A stretch of DNA of 41,494 nt, taken from the NCBI GenBank assembly GCA_046485245.1, contig JAWOHG010000224.1:1-41494 (forward strand), given 5' to 3'. The stretch is from a bacterium. GTDB taxonomy: Bacteria > Hydrothermota > Tepidihabitantia > Tepidihabitantales > Tepidihabitantaceae. The notes under the pieces are model-generated. The model made no database searches. It was given only the letters and a program-made list of their open reading frames with translations, and had not been told where the DNA came from. Numbering within the stretch: the stretch's first letter is position 1; each line of letters begins with the position of its first letter. Below are positions 40,550 to 41,494 of this stretch, piece by piece. A program made the position numbers and the translations under genes.

Positions 40550-41494
40550 ATGAGAAGGTGCTTGAGCCGCGCCGTTGCCCGAATCTGCCGTCAGTGGACA
40601 GGAGGAAAGACAGGAGTTCCCGTCGCGGCCGCCCTGCTGGCCGCGCTGCTGCTGTTGCCGGCGCTCCTGCCGGCGCTGGCCTTCGCCTCGGCCCCGCGCG
40701 CCGCCCGCTACGAGGCCTACCCGTGGACCGGGTGGCAGAAGCTGGATGAAGCCGAGCAGAAGCGTCTGACCCGCATCGCCTACGGCGGCAAGGACTACGA
40801 CTCGATGGTGCAGGCCTGGAACACGAAGTCCAAGGCCGGGGTCTGGGACGAGCCGTTCCCCCGATTCAGCTACCGCTGGGCCGACGCCGCGCCGCATCCT
40901 GAACTGGCGCGTCTCCTGCCCGGAGTCCGGTTCCTCGGGCAGCGGGTCAATATCAACTCGAGCACCGCAGGACCCTGGGGCACTGCCATCGCGCTACTCA
41001 ATGGGAGACTGTACGAACTCCGGTCTCTCAACAACCTTCTCGTCGACTGCGGCTTCAAGTTTGACACGACGGAGATACCCGCAATCGCCAAGATAGCCGT
41101 GCTGTGGAAGCTGATGGACCAGCACGCGGGAAATGCGTTCGGCCTAGCGCCCGACTCCGCAGCGCTCGCCACCGCCATCCCGGCCGTGACGTTCAGGAAG
41201 ATAGGTCTGGGCCGGTGGCAACACCCGACCCGTGCTGACGTCACGTGGAGGGCGCTGAAGATCGACCTGACTGTGGGCGGCGAACTAACGACTGCTTGGC
41301 TGGCGCTCCAGATTGGGACACTGAAGCTAGAGTTCCTCGAGTTTGATGGGCAGTCCTACAGGTTCCGGTGGGGAGCGGTATCACCCAACAAGAAGGAATC
41401 GGGGTTCCCGCTTACCGATGAACGACGGGCGATGACGGTCACCCCTGCTGAGTACGTGAGGACAGAAACGGACGATTCAGGCAGAGTGCACCAC
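40550..41494 (+). CDS. hypothetical secreted protein, 3' end outside window (not in the supplied ORF track)
   Basis: I read this frame by hand. It is open for 315 codons from ATG 40550 to the window end. Signal peptide VPVAAALLAALLLLPALLPALAFASA. High GC3 in the first half. No recognisable domain. Confidence 0.75.
   Translation, partial: MRRCLSRAVARICRQWTGGKTGVPVAAALLAALLLLPALLPALAFASAPRAARYEAYPWTGWQKLDEAEQKRLTRIAYGGKDYDSMVQAWNTKSKAGVWDEPFPRFSYRWADAAPHPELARLLPGVRFLGQRVNINSSTAGPWGTAIALLNGRLYELRSLNNLLVDCGFKFDTTEIPAIAKIAVLWKLMDQHAGNAFGLAPDSAALATAIPAVTFRKIGLGRWQHPTRADVTWRALKIDLTVGGELTTAWLALQIGTLKLEFLEFDGQSYRFRWGAVSPNKKESGFPLTDERRAMTVTPAEYVRTETDDSGRVHH

Overview
High-GC bacterial chromosomal window (coding flanks about 68-70% GC by eye, third codon positions almost all G/C). 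It holds roughly 35 genes. I saw no rRNA, tRNA, CRISPR array, transposase or integrase. Three proteins end in T9SS-type (Por/FlgD-Ig-like) C-terminal sorting domains, so the source is probably an uncultivated FCB-superphylum-like lineage; that is a guess only.

Gene order:
- 1-5729 (+): translationally coupled MacB/LolCDE-like ABC operon (exported protein, ATPase, two FtsX permeases, LolA-like protein), then ybaN.
- 5726-9503 (-): overlapping operon of lipoprotein, PEP-utilising phosphotransferase and divergent PlsY-family protein.
- 9614-11037 (-): exported msrB, a 650-bp gene-poor stretch and a small lipoprotein.
- 11293-27966: surface/secretion region. It contains a BNR/Ycf48-like T9SS cargo, a GT39-like membrane glycosyltransferase, and two copies of a divergent module (DUF3108-like lipoprotein facing a giant T9SS protease). 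The proteases are a C25 gingipain-like protein (1158 aa) and an M6/InhA-like protein (2144 aa) with about 10 tandem CARDB-like repeats.
- 18645-19254: a roughly 560-bp low-GC, hairpin-dense, ORF-poor island separates the two modules. This is the best candidate for something undescribed, such as a large structured RNA.
- 28065-36751: housekeeping and accessory genes: tag, a four-helix-bundle (IVS-type) cassette, MBL hydrolase, DUF554, metallophosphoesterase-CBM9, P-type ATPase, tandem GNAT, VOC.
- 36916-39026 (-): a 112-bp direct repeat (duplicated cupin 3' end) brackets a lower-GC GNAT gene; then the intact cupin and an MBL hydrolase.
- 39102-41494: exported msrA, REP/MITE-like repeats, and an open-ended secreted-protein gene that is absent from the ORF track.

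Several genes have sigma70-like -35/-10 boxes placed 5-7 nt from the start codon, which suggests leaderless mRNAs. Most long R/A/G/P-rich ORFs in the track are antisense or out-of-frame shadows.
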